Origin: Candidatus Eiseniibacteriota bacterium
GTDB lineage: Bacteria; Eisenbacteria; RBG-16-71-46; CAZAMP01
Direction of reading: 5' to 3'
Length of the DNA: 64,000 bases
NCBI GenBank assembly: GCA_965224245.1
Contig: OZ245046.1
Span: 6,240,001-6,304,000 of the forward strand
Of this stretch, positions 46,668-56,379 are shown piece after piece; within the stretch, counting starts at the first letter, position 1; each line of letters begins with the position of its first letter. The position numbers were made by a program, and so were the translations under genes. The notes beneath the pieces are model-generated. The model did no database searches. It was not told the origin of the DNA and saw only the letters and a program-made list of their open reading frames with translations.

Positions 46668-48428
46668 ATGGCGGTTTGGCCCGGGCAAAGCATCGGCGAC
46701 TCGGAATCGAGCTCGGCGATGAGCCTGCAAGACGGGTCCTCGGTCGCGGTCGTGGGCGGGGGACCCGCAGGGTCTTTCTTCGCCTATTTCCTGATCGAGA
46801 TGGCGGAACGGGCCGGGATTCAGCTCCGGGTCGACGTCTTCGAGCCGCGCGACTTCTCCCTCCGCGCCCCTCGCGGCTGCAACATGTGCGGCGGGATCAT
46901 CTCCGAGTCCCTCGTGCAGAACCTCGCCTCGGAGGGCATCAATCTCCCGACCGAGGTCGTGCAGCGCGGAATCGACGCCTACGTGCTTCACCTGGAATCG
47001 GGGAGCGTGCGCATCGACACGCCGCTTCACGAGAAGCGCATCGCCGCGGTCTATCGCGGGCCCGGGCCCCGGGATCTCTCGAGCCCGAAGTGGACCAGCT
47101 TCGACGGTCATCTGCAGAAGCTGGCCGCCGAACGGGGCGCGCGGATCGAGCCCCACCGTGTCGGGCGCATCGGCCGCACCGTCGATCGGATCGAGGTGGA
47201 GGCCAAGGGCGTGGAGACGCGACCCTACGACCTGGTCGCGGTCACGGTGGGGGTGAACACCGCGGGGATCGAGTTCGACCTCGGGCCCACGTTCGGGTAT
47301 CGGGCGCCGGGAACGACGAAGACCTTCATCCGCGAGTACCACCTCGGGGAGGAAGGCGTCGATCGGTTGCTCGGAAGCTCGATGCACGTCTTCCTCCTGA
47401 ACATCCCGCGGCTCGAGTTCGCGGCCATCGTGCCCAAGGGGGAGTACGCGACCGTCTGCATGCTCGGAGAGGACATCGACGGGGATCTGGTCCGGTCCTT
47501 TCTGGACTCCCCACAGGTCAGAGCGATCATGCCCGTGGACTGGGACGCGGAGAAGAGATCCTGTCAGTGTGGGCCGCGCATGAACGTGCAGCCGGCGGTC
47601 CAGCCATTCGACGATCGGGTCGTCTTCATCGGCGACTGCGGGATCACCCGGCTCTACAAGGACGGAATCGGAGCCGCCTATCGCGCCGCGAAGGCCGCGG
47701 CCACGACGGCCGTCTTCCAGGGAGTGAGCCGGGAGAGCTTTCGGCGCCACTACTGGCCGATCTGCAAGTCGATCGAGGCCGACAACTCGATCGGTCGCTT
47801 CATGTTCTCCATCACCCGCCAGATTCAGAGACGACCCTTCGCGGCCCGTGCGGTTCGGTCGATGACCGCGCGCGAGCAGCGGAAGGAGGGACGGGACCGG
47901 CGGATGAGCCAGGTGTTGTGGGACGTCTTCACCGGAAGCGCCCCGTACCGCGGCATCTTCATGCGCACGCTGCATCCGGCGTTTCTGGGACGGTTCGGAT
48001 GGCATCTGGCCGGCTCCGTGTTTTCGGCGAACGGCGCGAATGCCGCCGAGGGGGCAACCATGAGTACCGGTGCGGTGGGCGCCGTCTACGAGGACGGTCA
48101 GGTCATCGTGCGCCAGGGCGACGAGGGCGAGTGCATGTACGTCATCCAGGAGGGTCGGGCGCAGGTGTTCATCGAGCAGGACGGGCACGAGGTGCCGTTG
48201 CGGGTGCTCGAGGCCGGCGACATGATCGGTGAGATGGCGATCTGCGACCGCGAAGTCCGCTCGGCCACGGTCAAGGCGCTGGGGCGTACACGAATCCTCA
48301 CCGTCGACAGGCGAAACTTCCTGACTCGTATTCACGAGGATCCCTCGCTCGCGTTTCGGGTCGTTCGGACGATGTCCGCGCGGATCCGGGACCTCAGCGA
48401 GGAGGTCGCACGCCTCGGCCACCAGTGA
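46668..48428 (+). CDS. FAD-dependent oxidoreductase (geranylgeranyl-reductase/halogenase-like fold) fused to a cyclic-nucleotide-binding domain
   Basis: VAVVGGGPAG, GCNMCGG, IVPKG, FIGD...KDGI; C-terminal IVRQGD.G..MY.I..G...GEMA.....RSATV. Start may be ATG 46719. Confidence 0.88.
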   Translation: MAVWPGQSIGDSESSSAMSLQDGSSVAVVGGGPAGSFFAYFLIEMAERAGIQLRVDVFEPRDFSLRAPRGCNMCGGIISESLVQNLASEGINLPTEVVQRGIDAYVLHLESGSVRIDTPLHEKRIAAVYRGPGPRDLSSPKWTSFDGHLQKLAAERGARIEPHRVGRIGRTVDRIEVEAKGVETRPYDLVAVTVGVNTAGIEFDLGPTFGYRAPGTTKTFIREYHLGEEGVDRLLGSSMHVFLLNIPRLEFAAIVPKGEYATVCMLGEDIDGDLVRSFLDSPQVRAIMPVDWDAEKRSCQCGPRMNVQPAVQPFDDRVVFIGDCGITRLYKDGIGAAYRAAKAAATTAVFQGVSRESFRRHYWPICKSIEADNSIGRFMFSITRQIQRRPFAARAVRSMTAREQRKEGRDRRMSQVLWDVFTGSAPYRGIFMRTLHPAFLGRFGWHLAGSVFSANGANAAEGATMSTGAVGAVYEDGQVIVRQGDEGECMYVIQEGRAQVFIEQDGHEVPLRVLEAGDMIGEMAICDREVRSATVKALGRTRILTVDRRNFLTRIHEDPSLAFRVVRTMSARIRDLSEEVARLGHQ

Positions 48429-49462
48429 ACGCCATGAGCGAAGCGTCGCGAGTGACCATCCACTATCGGAATCGATCCGAGGACGGCACCGGAGGGCTCT
48501 TCCTCGTCTCCGGAGCTGGGACCGCCGAGGAGCGACGGTATGCCTTCGGCGATCGGATCGAGATCGGACGGTTCCTGCCCGACCGCGAGCGCGATCACGG
48601 GGTTCTTCTGATCGACGAGCCGCGTGTCTCCCGGGAGCACTGCGTCATCGAGCGGTCGCGAGACGGACGGTGCCGGATCCGGGACACGAGCCGGAACGGC
48701 ACGTGGATCGACGGCCGCCGGCTCGTCCCCAGCGTGGAGATGGAGATCGAGATCGGGCAGGTGATCCGGATCGCCAACCTCGTGGATCTCACGCTTCAGG
48801 GGACGGCCCGTCCGGCGGTCCCGACGGGGGAGTGGAACCCCACGGTCACCGGATCCGGGTTGAGCATGGTGACCGTGCTCGTCGGCGACATTCGCGACTA
48901 CACGGTCCTCGTGCGAAGCGTCGCCTCCGAGGTGCTGCAGCGTTCGGTCTCACGGGTCTTCCGGAGACTCGAGGAGGAGGTCACCCGCTGCGGGGGCACG
49001 GTGAAGGAGTACCCGGGCGACGCCATCGTCGCGTTCTGGGAAGAGTGTGCGAGCCGCAATCACGCAGCATCGGCGTGCCGGGCCGCGCTGGTCCTCGATC
49101 GTGCCGTGCACCGGCTGGCCGTGGATCGTGACGTGTGGGACGTACCCGGCTACGAGCTCCGCATGGACTGGGCACTGGCCACGGGATGTGTGAACATCTC
49201 GAGCGCCGGCGGTGACCGGCCGTCCGGGCTGACGATGGTCGGCGAAGCGGCGGTTCTCGCGTTTCGGATCGAGAAGCTCGCCGACGACACGACCGGGCCG
49301 ATCCTCGCCTGCGGGTTCACCAGGGCCATGGTCGGGACCGACTTCTCGTTTCGGGATCTCGGCGATGTGCAAGCCAAGGGGTTCGACGAGCCGACCCCGC
49401 TGTTCGCGCTCCTCGGCGCCGGCGAGCTGCCGATCTCGCCGTCCATCGGCGACCCGACGTGA
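48425..49462 (+). CDS. FHA domain + class III nucleotidyl cyclase
   Basis: FHA motifs IGR, VSREH and SRNGT; cyclase motifs GDIRDYT, KEYPGDAI, VGE...LAFRIE and KG. GTGA overlap with the upstream stop (alternative start ATG 48434). Confidence 0.9.
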   Translation: MNAMSEASRVTIHYRNRSEDGTGGLFLVSGAGTAEERRYAFGDRIEIGRFLPDRERDHGVLLIDEPRVSREHCVIERSRDGRCRIRDTSRNGTWIDGRRLVPSVEMEIEIGQVIRIANLVDLTLQGTARPAVPTGEWNPTVTGSGLSMVTVLVGDIRDYTVLVRSVASEVLQRSVSRVFRRLEEEVTRCGGTVKEYPGDAIVAFWEECASRNHAASACRAALVLDRAVHRLAVDRDVWDVPGYELRMDWALATGCVNISSAGGDRPSGLTMVGEAAVLAFRIEKLADDTTGPILACGFTRAMVGTDFSFRDLGDVQAKGFDEPTPLFALLGAGELPISPSIGDPT

Positions 49463-50319
49463 GGGAACGTCCGATGGAGCGCGCGACCGAGCGTGACGGA
49501 CCGCTTCGGCTGGTCTTCCGGGGTGTACGGGGATCGATCGGCAGCCCCGGCAAATCGACGCTTCGCTACGGCGGCCACACTGCGTGCCTCACGGCTCGGC
49601 TGGCGCCCGAGTCCTGGCTCGTGCTGGACGGCGGGAGCGGGCTCCGGACGCTGCACGCCGATCTCCCGCCGAGCCCGGCCGGTACACTCCACTTCCACGT
49701 TCTCTTCACCCACTACCACCGCGACCACATCGAGGGCCTCATGCTCTTCGATCCCCTCTACGAGTCGGCGTGTCGGTTCACGTTCTACGGTCACCGATGG
49801 GGGGATGTCGGGGTTCGGGAGGCGCTGATCGGGATCCTGCGGCCGCCGTGGGCGTCGGTCGCGCTCGAGGAGACCCGATCGGAGAAGGTCTACCGGGACC
49901 TGGACGGGGCCGGGATCGAGATCGGCGGGATCCGGATCTCGACCGCGCCGCTTCGACATCCCCAGGGGGCCACGGCGTACCGACTCGATCGCGGCCCGCG
50001 CTCGATCGTCGTGGCCACCGACACCGAGGGGGGGGATCCCGACCACGACGACGCACTTCGATCGCTCGCCCGCGACGTTGACGTGCTCGTCGTCGACGCC
50101 CAGTACACGCCCGACGAGTACGGAGAACGCCGAGGCCGCGGACACGGGACGTGGGAGCACGCGACCCGGATCGCACGCGAGTGCGGAGCGCGACGACTCG
50201 TGTTGTTTCATCACGATCCCGATCGCACCGACGATGAGCTGGACGCGATCGTCGAGGCGGCACGCAGCGCGCACCCTCGCGTCGAGGCCGCCCACGAGGG
50301 CATGAGCCTCGCGCTCTGA
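49459..50319 (+). CDS. MBL-fold metallo-hydrolase (RNase Z/phosphodiesterase-like)
   Basis: GVRGS...RYGGHTAC, LDGGSG, THYHRDH, HPQG, TDTE, DAQY, GH and LFHHDP motifs. GTGA overlap with the upstream stop (alternative start ATG 49474). Confidence 0.9.
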   Translation: MRERPMERATERDGPLRLVFRGVRGSIGSPGKSTLRYGGHTACLTARLAPESWLVLDGGSGLRTLHADLPPSPAGTLHFHVLFTHYHRDHIEGLMLFDPLYESACRFTFYGHRWGDVGVREALIGILRPPWASVALEETRSEKVYRDLDGAGIEIGGIRISTAPLRHPQGATAYRLDRGPRSIVVATDTEGGDPDHDDALRSLARDVDVLVVDAQYTPDEYGERRGRGHGTWEHATRIARECGARRLVLFHHDPDRTDDELDAIVEAARSAHPRVEAAHEGMSLAL

Positions 50320-50369
50320 GGCGCCATCGCCCCGCTCCATCGTCGGACTCGGATGATCCCTGGACCTCG

Positions 50370-50382
50370 CCTGGTGTATCAT
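50370..50382 (+). promoter_or_regulatory. Candidate sigma70 -10 element
   Basis: CCTGGTG-TATCAT about 50 nt upstream of 50434, which has an AGGAGG RBS. Confidence 0.4.
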
Positions 50383-50433
50383 TGTGCGGACGACCACAGG
50401 AAAACCCATCACGCGTCACGGTAGGAGGACGAG

Positions 50434-52644
50434 GTGCCTCTACTTGGATGTCCGAAGCGCGCGGCTCGCCTCTCGAACTGGAAATCGACGATCGCCGTCT
50501 TCGCGCTCGCGTCGACCGCTCCGGTCTCGACCCACGCGGATTGTCTGGACTACGGCGGCGACTACCCGCATCTCATCGACACCATTTGGTTCGGCTCTCA
50601 GCTGACGGCGTTCCACGTGACGGAAGACGGATTGGCCTACGTGGGCTCGCGCTGGGAAGGCAACGGCTTCGTGTCGGTGTACGACCTCACGTCTCCGGAG
50701 GCACCGGCCTCGATCGGGTCGGTCTCCATCGCCGGTCCGCCATCCGAGATCGATGTGACCGGCGCACTCATGTGCGTCGTGAGCGATGGGGGGCTCGAGG
50801 TATTCGACGTCACGAATCCGGCCACGCCCGTCCTCCTCGGCTCGGAGACCTCGATGCTCGCCGCGAGCGGTGTTTCCGTCGAGGGATCGATCGCGTACGT
50901 ATCGGATCGCGACAGCGGCCTCCACGTCGTCGACCTCACTGATCCGAGCGCGCCCGCTCACCTCGGGAGCGTGGCGATGCCGTCGGAGGCGTATCACGTC
51001 GACGGGTCCGGCGACTACGCGTTCGTTGCCGATCGTCTCGGCGGTCTCGTCGTCGTGGACGCCTCGGACGGAACCAGCCCGGTCGTCATCGGCAACGTGC
51101 CCACGCCCGACGAGTGCTGGGGTGTGCTCGTGGCGGACGACATCGCCTACGTGAGCGCTGCCGTGGCCGGCGTGCAGATCGTCGACGTGTCGACGCCATC
51201 CGCTCCCGCGCTGCTCACGACCGTGGACACGCAGGGAAGGCCGCGGCGCTTTCAGCTCGACGGCACGGACCTGTACGTGTGTGACCGCTGGTTCGGCCTC
51301 ACCGTCCTCGACGTGTCGGATCCGGCCGCCGCGGACGTCAGCGCCGCGATCGCCGGCCCCGGGTGGTTCATGGACGTGGGGGTCTGGAGCGGAGTCGGCT
51401 ACTTGACGTACGCCGAGTATGACGGAGCGCTCTTCCTCTATGACGTGGCCAGCCCAGTGAGCCCCGAAGTCGTGGGCACGCTCGACACTCCGGGCAGCAC
51501 CCGCGGCGTCGCGATTGCCGGGGACCTCGCGTACATCGGAGACGGGAACGGGGGGCTCTTCTCGGTCGACATCTCCGATCCGACGACGCCCGTCTTCGAG
51601 GGATCGCTGAGTCTTCCCTATGCGCGCCAGGTGGCTCTCCACGGGAACGTGGCGTATGTGGGCGATCTGGATGCGGTTCACGTCGTCGACATCTCCGACC
51701 CGTCCGCACTCGTGCTCGTGACCAGCGTCGCGACGCCGGACTTCGTATGGGGTATGGCGGTCCACGAGACGTCCCTTCTGGTCGCGGCGGACGAAGCCGG
51801 TCTTCTGATCTTCGACATCTCCGACCCGCACGACCCCACGCTGGTCAGAGCCGTGGCCACGACGCTGTACTCCTGGGACGTCGCCGTGAACGGCGACTAC
51901 GCCTACGTGGCGGGCCGATACCTGGCCGTCGTCGACATCTCGACACCCTCGAGCGCGTTTCTCGTCACCGAAACGACTCCCACGATCGGCGAGGGGATCG
52001 CGATCTCCGGTGATCGCGCGTACGTGTCCGGATCGTCGCGGCTACATGTGGTCGACATCTCCAGTCCCGCGAGTCCGACGTGGCTCGGAAGTCTCACGAC
52101 CCAGTCCGTCGAGGACGTGGTGGTGATGGACGAGTACGCCTTCGTGACGACGAACGGCTCGGGGGTGCAGGTCGTGAACGTGGCCGATCCGTTCAACCTC
52201 GAGCTCGTGGCGAACATCGGGACGACCGGCGAGCTGGTCGGGATCGCGGTGGCGGGTGAACACCTCGCGGTCGCCAACGGAGTCAACGGTCTCCGCATCC
52301 TCCCCGGACACTGTGGCGCGGTGGTTTCGGTGCCGGAGGGTGTGACGGCCACCGTGCTCGACCCGCTGCGAATCCGGCCCAACCCGGGTCGGAGCTCGTT
52401 CACGTTGACGTTCGAGCAGAATCAGCGGGCACGCACGGTGGTCACCGTTCACGACGCCGCCGGACGACTCGTGCGCGAGCTCTTCGATGCGGAGCTCACG
52501 GCCGGCACGCACACGATGTCCTGGGATGGCCGGAACGACGCGGAACGAGTCGCGGCGCCGGGCGTCTACTTCGTCCAGGTCGAAAGCGTCGCGGGACCGT
52601 CGGGCGTCGAGAGCCACCGGCAACGTGTCGTTCTCGTCCCGTGA
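50434..52644 (+). CDS. Secreted LVIVD-repeat protein with FlgD/T9SS-like CTD
   Basis: Repeats of AYV.D...GL.(V/I)VD(V/I)SDP..P; PNPGR...HDAAGRLV...WDGRN...GVYFV. Confidence 0.88.
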   Translation: MPLLGCPKRAARLSNWKSTIAVFALASTAPVSTHADCLDYGGDYPHLIDTIWFGSQLTAFHVTEDGLAYVGSRWEGNGFVSVYDLTSPEAPASIGSVSIAGPPSEIDVTGALMCVVSDGGLEVFDVTNPATPVLLGSETSMLAASGVSVEGSIAYVSDRDSGLHVVDLTDPSAPAHLGSVAMPSEAYHVDGSGDYAFVADRLGGLVVVDASDGTSPVVIGNVPTPDECWGVLVADDIAYVSAAVAGVQIVDVSTPSAPALLTTVDTQGRPRRFQLDGTDLYVCDRWFGLTVLDVSDPAAADVSAAIAGPGWFMDVGVWSGVGYLTYAEYDGALFLYDVASPVSPEVVGTLDTPGSTRGVAIAGDLAYIGDGNGGLFSVDISDPTTPVFEGSLSLPYARQVALHGNVAYVGDLDAVHVVDISDPSALVLVTSVATPDFVWGMAVHETSLLVAADEAGLLIFDISDPHDPTLVRAVATTLYSWDVAVNGDYAYVAGRYLAVVDISTPSSAFLVTETTPTIGEGIAISGDRAYVSGSSRLHVVDISSPASPTWLGSLTTQSVEDVVVMDEYAFVTTNGSGVQVVNVADPFNLELVANIGTTGELVGIAVAGEHLAVANGVNGLRILPGHCGAVVSVPEGVTATVLDPLRIRPNPGRSSFTLTFEQNQRARTVVTVHDAAGRLVRELFDAELTAGTHTMSWDGRNDAERVAAPGVYFVQVESVAGPSGVESHRQRVVLVP

Positions 52645-53123
52645 CCAGGAAACCGTCCAAGCCAGCGTGCCGCCGCAGGCCACGGGGAGCGCCCCGATCA
52701 GCCCGCAGGGGTTCTCCGGTCCGCACGGGGTCGCGGCGTCGAGTGTGAGCTCGAAGTTGACCGGGTCGCAAAGCAGCTCGATCCCGGTGTCTGGTTCCTG
52801 CGACTGCGCACGACGACGGGGGTGAGCGGAACGCTGAGGCTCGTCAGGGTGCAGTAGACGACCTCTTGATGGCACCCACCGCGGACATGAGGACCCTCCC
52901 CCGTGCACGGGTCTGGAGACTCGTGTGCGAGGGCGTTGCTTCGCCCGACGGCAGGGCATGCTGCGTCTCGACCGCGGGAGACGCTCCGGCCTGAGAGGCC
53001 GGGATTCTGATGCATTTTCCTGTGATTCTCGCTTCCCCCGGGCGCCTCCCCAGGTGAGACGCGGTCCACCGGACGGGGACCTCGTACGTTCAACCGGGCG
53101 TATCGCCTCGCCAGGGGGGCATC

Positions 53124-56078
53124 ATGCATTCCAAGTCAGCATCGGTGGTTTTTCTGCTGGTTACCGGGCTCCTCACGGCCGCCACGGCGGGGGCCGAATC
53201 CCCGCCCCACTACTGGAGCCAGTCCTTCGGCGCCTCCGGCTATGACCACGGCCGGGGCTGCGCCGTGGATGGAGCCGGCAACTCGATCGTCGTGGGGTGG
53301 TTCACCGACCTGGTGTACTTCGACTCCGGCCCGGTTCTGAGTCAGGGCCCGCAGGATGCATTCATCGCGAAGTACGACCTCTCTGGAAACCACCTCTGGA
53401 CCAGGTCCTTCGGCGGTGACGGACCCGCGTCCGCCCTGGCCGTGGATGTCGACGAGGCAAACAACATCTACGTCACCGGTTCGTACGAGGGAACGATCGA
53501 TTTCGGCTCCGGCCCCGTCACGAGCGCCGGCGACACGGACATCTTCCTAGTCAAGCTGGACGCCGGCGGAAGCCACCTCTGGAGCCAGAGCTACGGAGAT
53601 CCCGACCACGACGTCGCCGAGGCGATCGCGGTGGACAGCTCAACCGGGTACATCTTCCTCACGGGCAGCTTCCGCGCCCGACTCGACCTCGGAGGCGGAG
53701 ATCTGACCAGCAGCGGGGACGATGACATCTTCCTGGCCCAGTTCAAGACGGCCTACGGCACTCACACCTGGAGTCGGAGCTTCGGGGCCGGCGGACTCGA
53801 TTCGGGGCAGGGCCTGTCCGTGGACTCGGCGGGCCACGTCGTCGTGACCGGGACCTGCAAGGGCCCGATCGATCTCGGCGGAGGTCCGCTGAGTGGCCCC
53901 GGGGGCAGTGACATCTTCATGGCCGAGTACGACGTGTCCGGCGCCCACGAGTGGAGTCGGTTGCTCGGGGGACCGGAGGAGGACCGGGGGCTCGACGTCG
54001 AGGTCGATGACTCCGACGACATCCTGCTGACCGGGTACTTCGTCGACGTCGCCCATCTCGGTGGTGGGAGCCTGACCAGCAATGGCCTCGAGGATGTCTT
54101 CCTGGCCCGTTACGACTCCGGTGGCGGTCACATCTGGTCTCGGAGCTTTGGAGGCCCGGGCGAGGATCGGGGAACCGCCCTGGTCTCGAACGCGATGCAG
54201 GAAGTCTTCCTCACGGGCTCGTACCACGACCAGGTCGACTTTGGTGGCGGCGCGCTGGAATCGAACGGGAGCTCGGACATCTTCCTGGCCAAGTTCAAGG
54301 CAACTGGAAGCCACCTCTGGAGTCAGCACTTCGGAAGCGATGACCCGGATTGCGGATCAGCGATTGCGGCCGATGCGGCGTCCAATGTGATCCTGTCCGG
54401 CTTTCTCCAGGGACTCGTCTGGCTCGGGGGCGATGGTGTCCACGGTGACTACAACAGCCCCGACGCGTTCGCGTCCGGCTACGACACGAACGGGACCCAA
54501 ATCTGGGGGGATGCCTTTGGAGGTCGAGGTTTCGACACCGTGCGGGATCTCGCGATCGACGGATCCGGGAACGTGATCATCGTCGGCGCCAAGCATGGCA
54601 GCGTCGACTTCGGAGGCGGCCCGCTCGGATTCGCGGGCAACGACGACATCTTCGTCGCCAAGTTCGATCCGGCGGGCGTCCATCTGTGGAGCAAGGGTAT
54701 CGGAACCCTCGGAAACGAGACCGCCATTCGCGTCACCGTCGACACCGTGGGCGACATCTACGTCGCCGGGGAGTTCGGCCTGGACATCGACTTCGGGGGC
54801 GGGCTCGTGTCCGGCTCGGGCGACGTCGACGTGTTCCTCGTCAAGTACGATTCGGGCGGCGTCCACCTGTGGTCGAAGGGACTCGGCGGCGCTCTCGCAG
54901 ACCAGCTGGGCGGCATCGGTGTCGACGACGCCGGAGACGTCATCATCGCCGGCGGGTTTCAGGCCTCCGTCGACTTCGGGGGCGGGATCCTGACCAGTGC
55001 CGGAAGCCTCGATGTCTTCGTGGCCAAGTACGATTCGGACGGCGCACACCTCTGGAGCCAGCAATACGGAGACTGGAACGTCGACTACGCGACCGCACTG
55101 GGTCTGGACGTCGACAAGATCCTCGTCGGCGGTCATTTCGCGGACTCCATCGACTTCGGCGGAGGCGTCATCACGGTTGATCCCACCGCGGACTTCCTGG
55201 TGAAGTTCAGCTCGGCCGGATCCCACGTGTGGAACCGGGTGTTCGAAGGTGGCTCGACCTTCATCCATGATGTGGTGGGCGGACCGACCGGGAACCTCAC
55301 CATGACCGGAAGCTTCTGGAACTGGGTCGATCTCGGCGGCGGGGTTCTCACCGCCACCGGGAATCAGGACGCCTTCATCGGCCACTTCGACAACGGCGGC
55401 GACCACATCTGGTCCGCAGCGTTCGGGGGCCCGGAACCCGACGGTGGAAGCGAGGTGTGTCCCATCCCCGGTGGAGGGTTCCTGGCCACGGGCTACTTCG
55501 AGGGTGCCGTCGACTTCGGTGGAGGTACGATGGTCAGCAACGGAGAGCGCGACGCGTACCTCGCCGAGTTCAGCGCCAGCGGTGTCCATCTCTGGAGCCA
55601 GCAATACGGCGGCGCGGGCCGGGCCGGAGGCTCCGCACTGGGGATCGATTCCGGTGGTGAGGTCCTGTTTGGCGGGGTCTTCGACGACATCATCGACCTC
55701 GGTGGGGCACCGCTCTCGACCGGGACGGACATCGACTTCTTTCTCGCCAGGTTCGGACCCTCCGTCGTCGACGTCGAGTCGTCTCCTGGGGTCGATCTCC
55801 CCGGGCTGGTCCTCTCATCGGGTTCTCCGAATCCGTTTCGACGTCGGACGGAAGTTGCATTCGACTTGCCCCTGGCTTCGCGCGTCTCCCTGGGGATCTA
55901 TGACGTCTCGGGACGTCTCCGGCGGACCCTCGTGGATGGAAGGCTGACCGCCGGCATGCACGTGGTCGCCTGGGATGGACAGGAGTCTTCGGGACATGCC
56001 GCACCCCCGGGAATCTACTTTGCTCGCGTCTCCGTGGCCGGGCAAGCTCGGAGCACCAAGTTGATCCGGGTGGAGTGA
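53124..56078 (+). CDS. Secreted SBBP-like repeat (D.F.AK.D..G.HLWS..FG) protein with FlgD/T9SS-like CTD
   Basis: Signal peptide; about 14 repeats with DFGGG.L.S.G..D.F; PNPFRR...YDVSGR...WDGQ...GIYF. Confidence 0.88.
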   Translation: MHSKSASVVFLLVTGLLTAATAGAESPPHYWSQSFGASGYDHGRGCAVDGAGNSIVVGWFTDLVYFDSGPVLSQGPQDAFIAKYDLSGNHLWTRSFGGDGPASALAVDVDEANNIYVTGSYEGTIDFGSGPVTSAGDTDIFLVKLDAGGSHLWSQSYGDPDHDVAEAIAVDSSTGYIFLTGSFRARLDLGGGDLTSSGDDDIFLAQFKTAYGTHTWSRSFGAGGLDSGQGLSVDSAGHVVVTGTCKGPIDLGGGPLSGPGGSDIFMAEYDVSGAHEWSRLLGGPEEDRGLDVEVDDSDDILLTGYFVDVAHLGGGSLTSNGLEDVFLARYDSGGGHIWSRSFGGPGEDRGTALVSNAMQEVFLTGSYHDQVDFGGGALESNGSSDIFLAKFKATGSHLWSQHFGSDDPDCGSAIAADAASNVILSGFLQGLVWLGGDGVHGDYNSPDAFASGYDTNGTQIWGDAFGGRGFDTVRDLAIDGSGNVIIVGAKHGSVDFGGGPLGFAGNDDIFVAKFDPAGVHLWSKGIGTLGNETAIRVTVDTVGDIYVAGEFGLDIDFGGGLVSGSGDVDVFLVKYDSGGVHLWSKGLGGALADQLGGIGVDDAGDVIIAGGFQASVDFGGGILTSAGSLDVFVAKYDSDGAHLWSQQYGDWNVDYATALGLDVDKILVGGHFADSIDFGGGVITVDPTADFLVKFSSAGSHVWNRVFEGGSTFIHDVVGGPTGNLTMTGSFWNWVDLGGGVLTATGNQDAFIGHFDNGGDHIWSAAFGGPEPDGGSEVCPIPGGGFLATGYFEGAVDFGGGTMVSNGERDAYLAEFSASGVHLWSQQYGGAGRAGGSALGIDSGGEVLFGGVFDDIIDLGGAPLSTGTDIDFFLARFGPSVVDVESSPGVDLPGLVLSSGSPNPFRRRTEVAFDLPLASRVSLGIYDVSGRLRRTLVDGRLTAGMHVVAWDGQESSGHAAPPGIYFARVSVAGQARSTKLIRVE

Positions 56079-56122
56079 ACCGGGCGGGCGTCCTCTCACG
56101 ACGACGCCCGCACCGGGAGCGG

Positions 56123-56293
56123 TCACTTCACGAGTGTCAGTGGACGTGACTGGACGACGTCCCCCGCCTTGAGCCGGCAGATGTACATTCCACTCGGCGC
56201 CGAGTCGGCGAGCCACTCGACGTCGTGCACACCGGCGGCCATCACATGGTCAGCCAGAACCGTGACGCGTGCACCTCGCAGATCGAAGATCTC
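56123..56293 (-). pseudogene. Orphan CTD fragment (not in ORF track)
   Basis: Manual translation EIFDLRGARVTVLADHVMAAGVHDVEWLADSAPSGMYICRLKAGDVVQSRPLTLVK*. Confidence 0.75.
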
Positions 56294-56379
56294 GCGTTTC
56301 TGGCCGACACACTGGTGGCACTGGGTGACTACGATGACACGGCAGATTCTCGAAGCTCGCCCACGACCAAGCGCTGGCG

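Noticed and set aside
13375-49462. Direct link between the Ser/Thr kinase and the FHA-cyclase
   Set aside because: They are over 30 kb apart in a shuffled region and the kinase already has a cognate ECF; there is no sequence evidence for the pairing.
46668-50319. Calling the cNMP operon a canonical Pycsar or CBASS system
   Set aside because: No TIR or TM effector and no CD-NTase; the cyclase carries an FHA domain and a hydrolase is co-encoded. Only an analogy is supportable.
52650-52900. Protein-like minus-strand text (ELLCDPVNFELTLDAATPCGPENPCGLIGALP)
   Set aside because: Possibly another gene relic, but there is no recognisable family, start or consistent frame.
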